DNA of 47,637 bases from NCBI GenBank assembly GCA_022562795.1, contig JADFOP010000013.1, positions 1 to 47,637 on the forward strand, in the 5' to 3' direction. The translations under genes and the position numbers were made by a program. Positions 46,965 through 47,637 of the stretch are shown piece by piece. The DNA is from Nitrospinota bacterium. Its GTDB lineage: Bacteria; JADFOP01. The notes below the pieces were generated by a model. The model ran no database searches, was not told the DNA's origin, and worked only from the letters and a program-made list of their open reading frames with translations. Position 1 is the first letter of the stretch; each line of letters begins with the position of its first letter.

Positions 46965-47637
46965 ATGCCTCAAGGAGCTTTGCGAGCCCAAATCGTCCCA
47001 CTTCAGGGGGCGCTGGATGCTGAGACCCTCTTCGCAGCCGTATCAGACGGGGCGTATCCATTCTGGCTCGACAGCGCCATGGACCCGGCCAAGCTCGGCC
47101 GATACTCATTCATGGGCTCTGCCCCCTACCAGGTGTTTCGCGCAAAAGGAGAGCGGGTCGTCCTGGAGCGAGGGGGCTATCGTGAGGAGCGTCGGGGAGA
47201 CCCATGGGCGGCGGCCGAGGAGTGCTGGCGCGGCGAGCCGAGGGTCGAGCGCGACGGGCGACTGCCATTCCTAGGCGGCGCCGTGGGGTATTTCGGCTAC
47301 GAGCTGGCCCGCCACCTGGAGCGCCTCCCATGCCAGTCCCAAGATGATCTGGGTACCGATGATCTGGTGCTCGCCTTCTACGACAACGGACTCGGAGTTG
47401 ACCACGCCACGGGCCAGGCCTACGCCTTCGCGACAGGCGCGCGTGAGGCAACCGCCCATCTTGCGGGCAAGCGGGCCCAGGCCGACCTTGAATTGCTTCT
47501 CCAGCGGGTGGCCGAGGCGGCGAGCCGCCCTCCGGAGCCCCGACCGGATGCCCCCCCGAGGGGAGGGCTCATCCGGCCCATCGTCTCCCGTCGGGCTTAA
47601 CTGGATAAGGTGGAGCGAATCCAGGAGTACATCGCCG
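46965..47637 (+). CDS. pabB: Aminodeoxychorismate synthase component I (PabB/TrpE family), partial, with in-frame TAA at 47598-47600
   Basis: WLDSA, GRYSF, PFLGGAVGYFGYEL; the family-like sequence LDKVERIQEYIA continues in frame after the stop. Confidence 0.8.

Noticed and set aside
2995-47459. Numerous long antisense and alternate-frame ORFs in the track
   Set aside because: These are shadows of real genes expected at high GC, with no motifs.

Overview
GC-rich bacterial chromosomal window, mostly housekeeping. It comes from a diderm (lspA and lnt present); the gene content feels Nitrospinota/Tectomicrobia/deltaproteobacterial-like, but that is inference only. Main blocks: a 5'-truncated thiO; a small AT-hook protein; a glutaredoxin with an in-frame UGA (UPYC, probable selenoprotein with a SECIS-like hairpin); a TPR protein; an S2P-trpS-ileS-lspA-rluD-MFS-STAS/HATPase operon; a tRNA nucleotidyltransferase; a coiled-coil/VWA/lytic transglycosylase trio; an O-methyltransferase; HNH-lnt-prfB (programmed +1 frameshift); PBP1A; a tauE-cysC-cysH-cysG-sat sulfate-activation operon; a collapsed histidine-kinase remnant; a c-di-GMP-I riboswitch ahead of a lone receiver protein; smc; a CDP-alcohol phosphotransferase; the yceD-rpmF-plsX-fabH-fabD-fabG-acpP-fabF-rnc operon; ppx; a gamma-CA; an exported repeat protein; and a class IV aminotransferase plus pabB (in-frame stop, running off the edge). 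The most unusual non-coding signal is at 16435-16616. Two near-perfect sigma70 promoters face each other across a ~110-nt long-hairpin segment with no credible ORF, overlaid by tandem NrdR-like boxes, which suggests a sense/antisense small-RNA locus. A second NrdR-like pair lies upstream of smc. An iteron-like GACA array and a REP-like palindrome family are also present. No tRNA, rRNA, CRISPR array or intact mobile element was seen.
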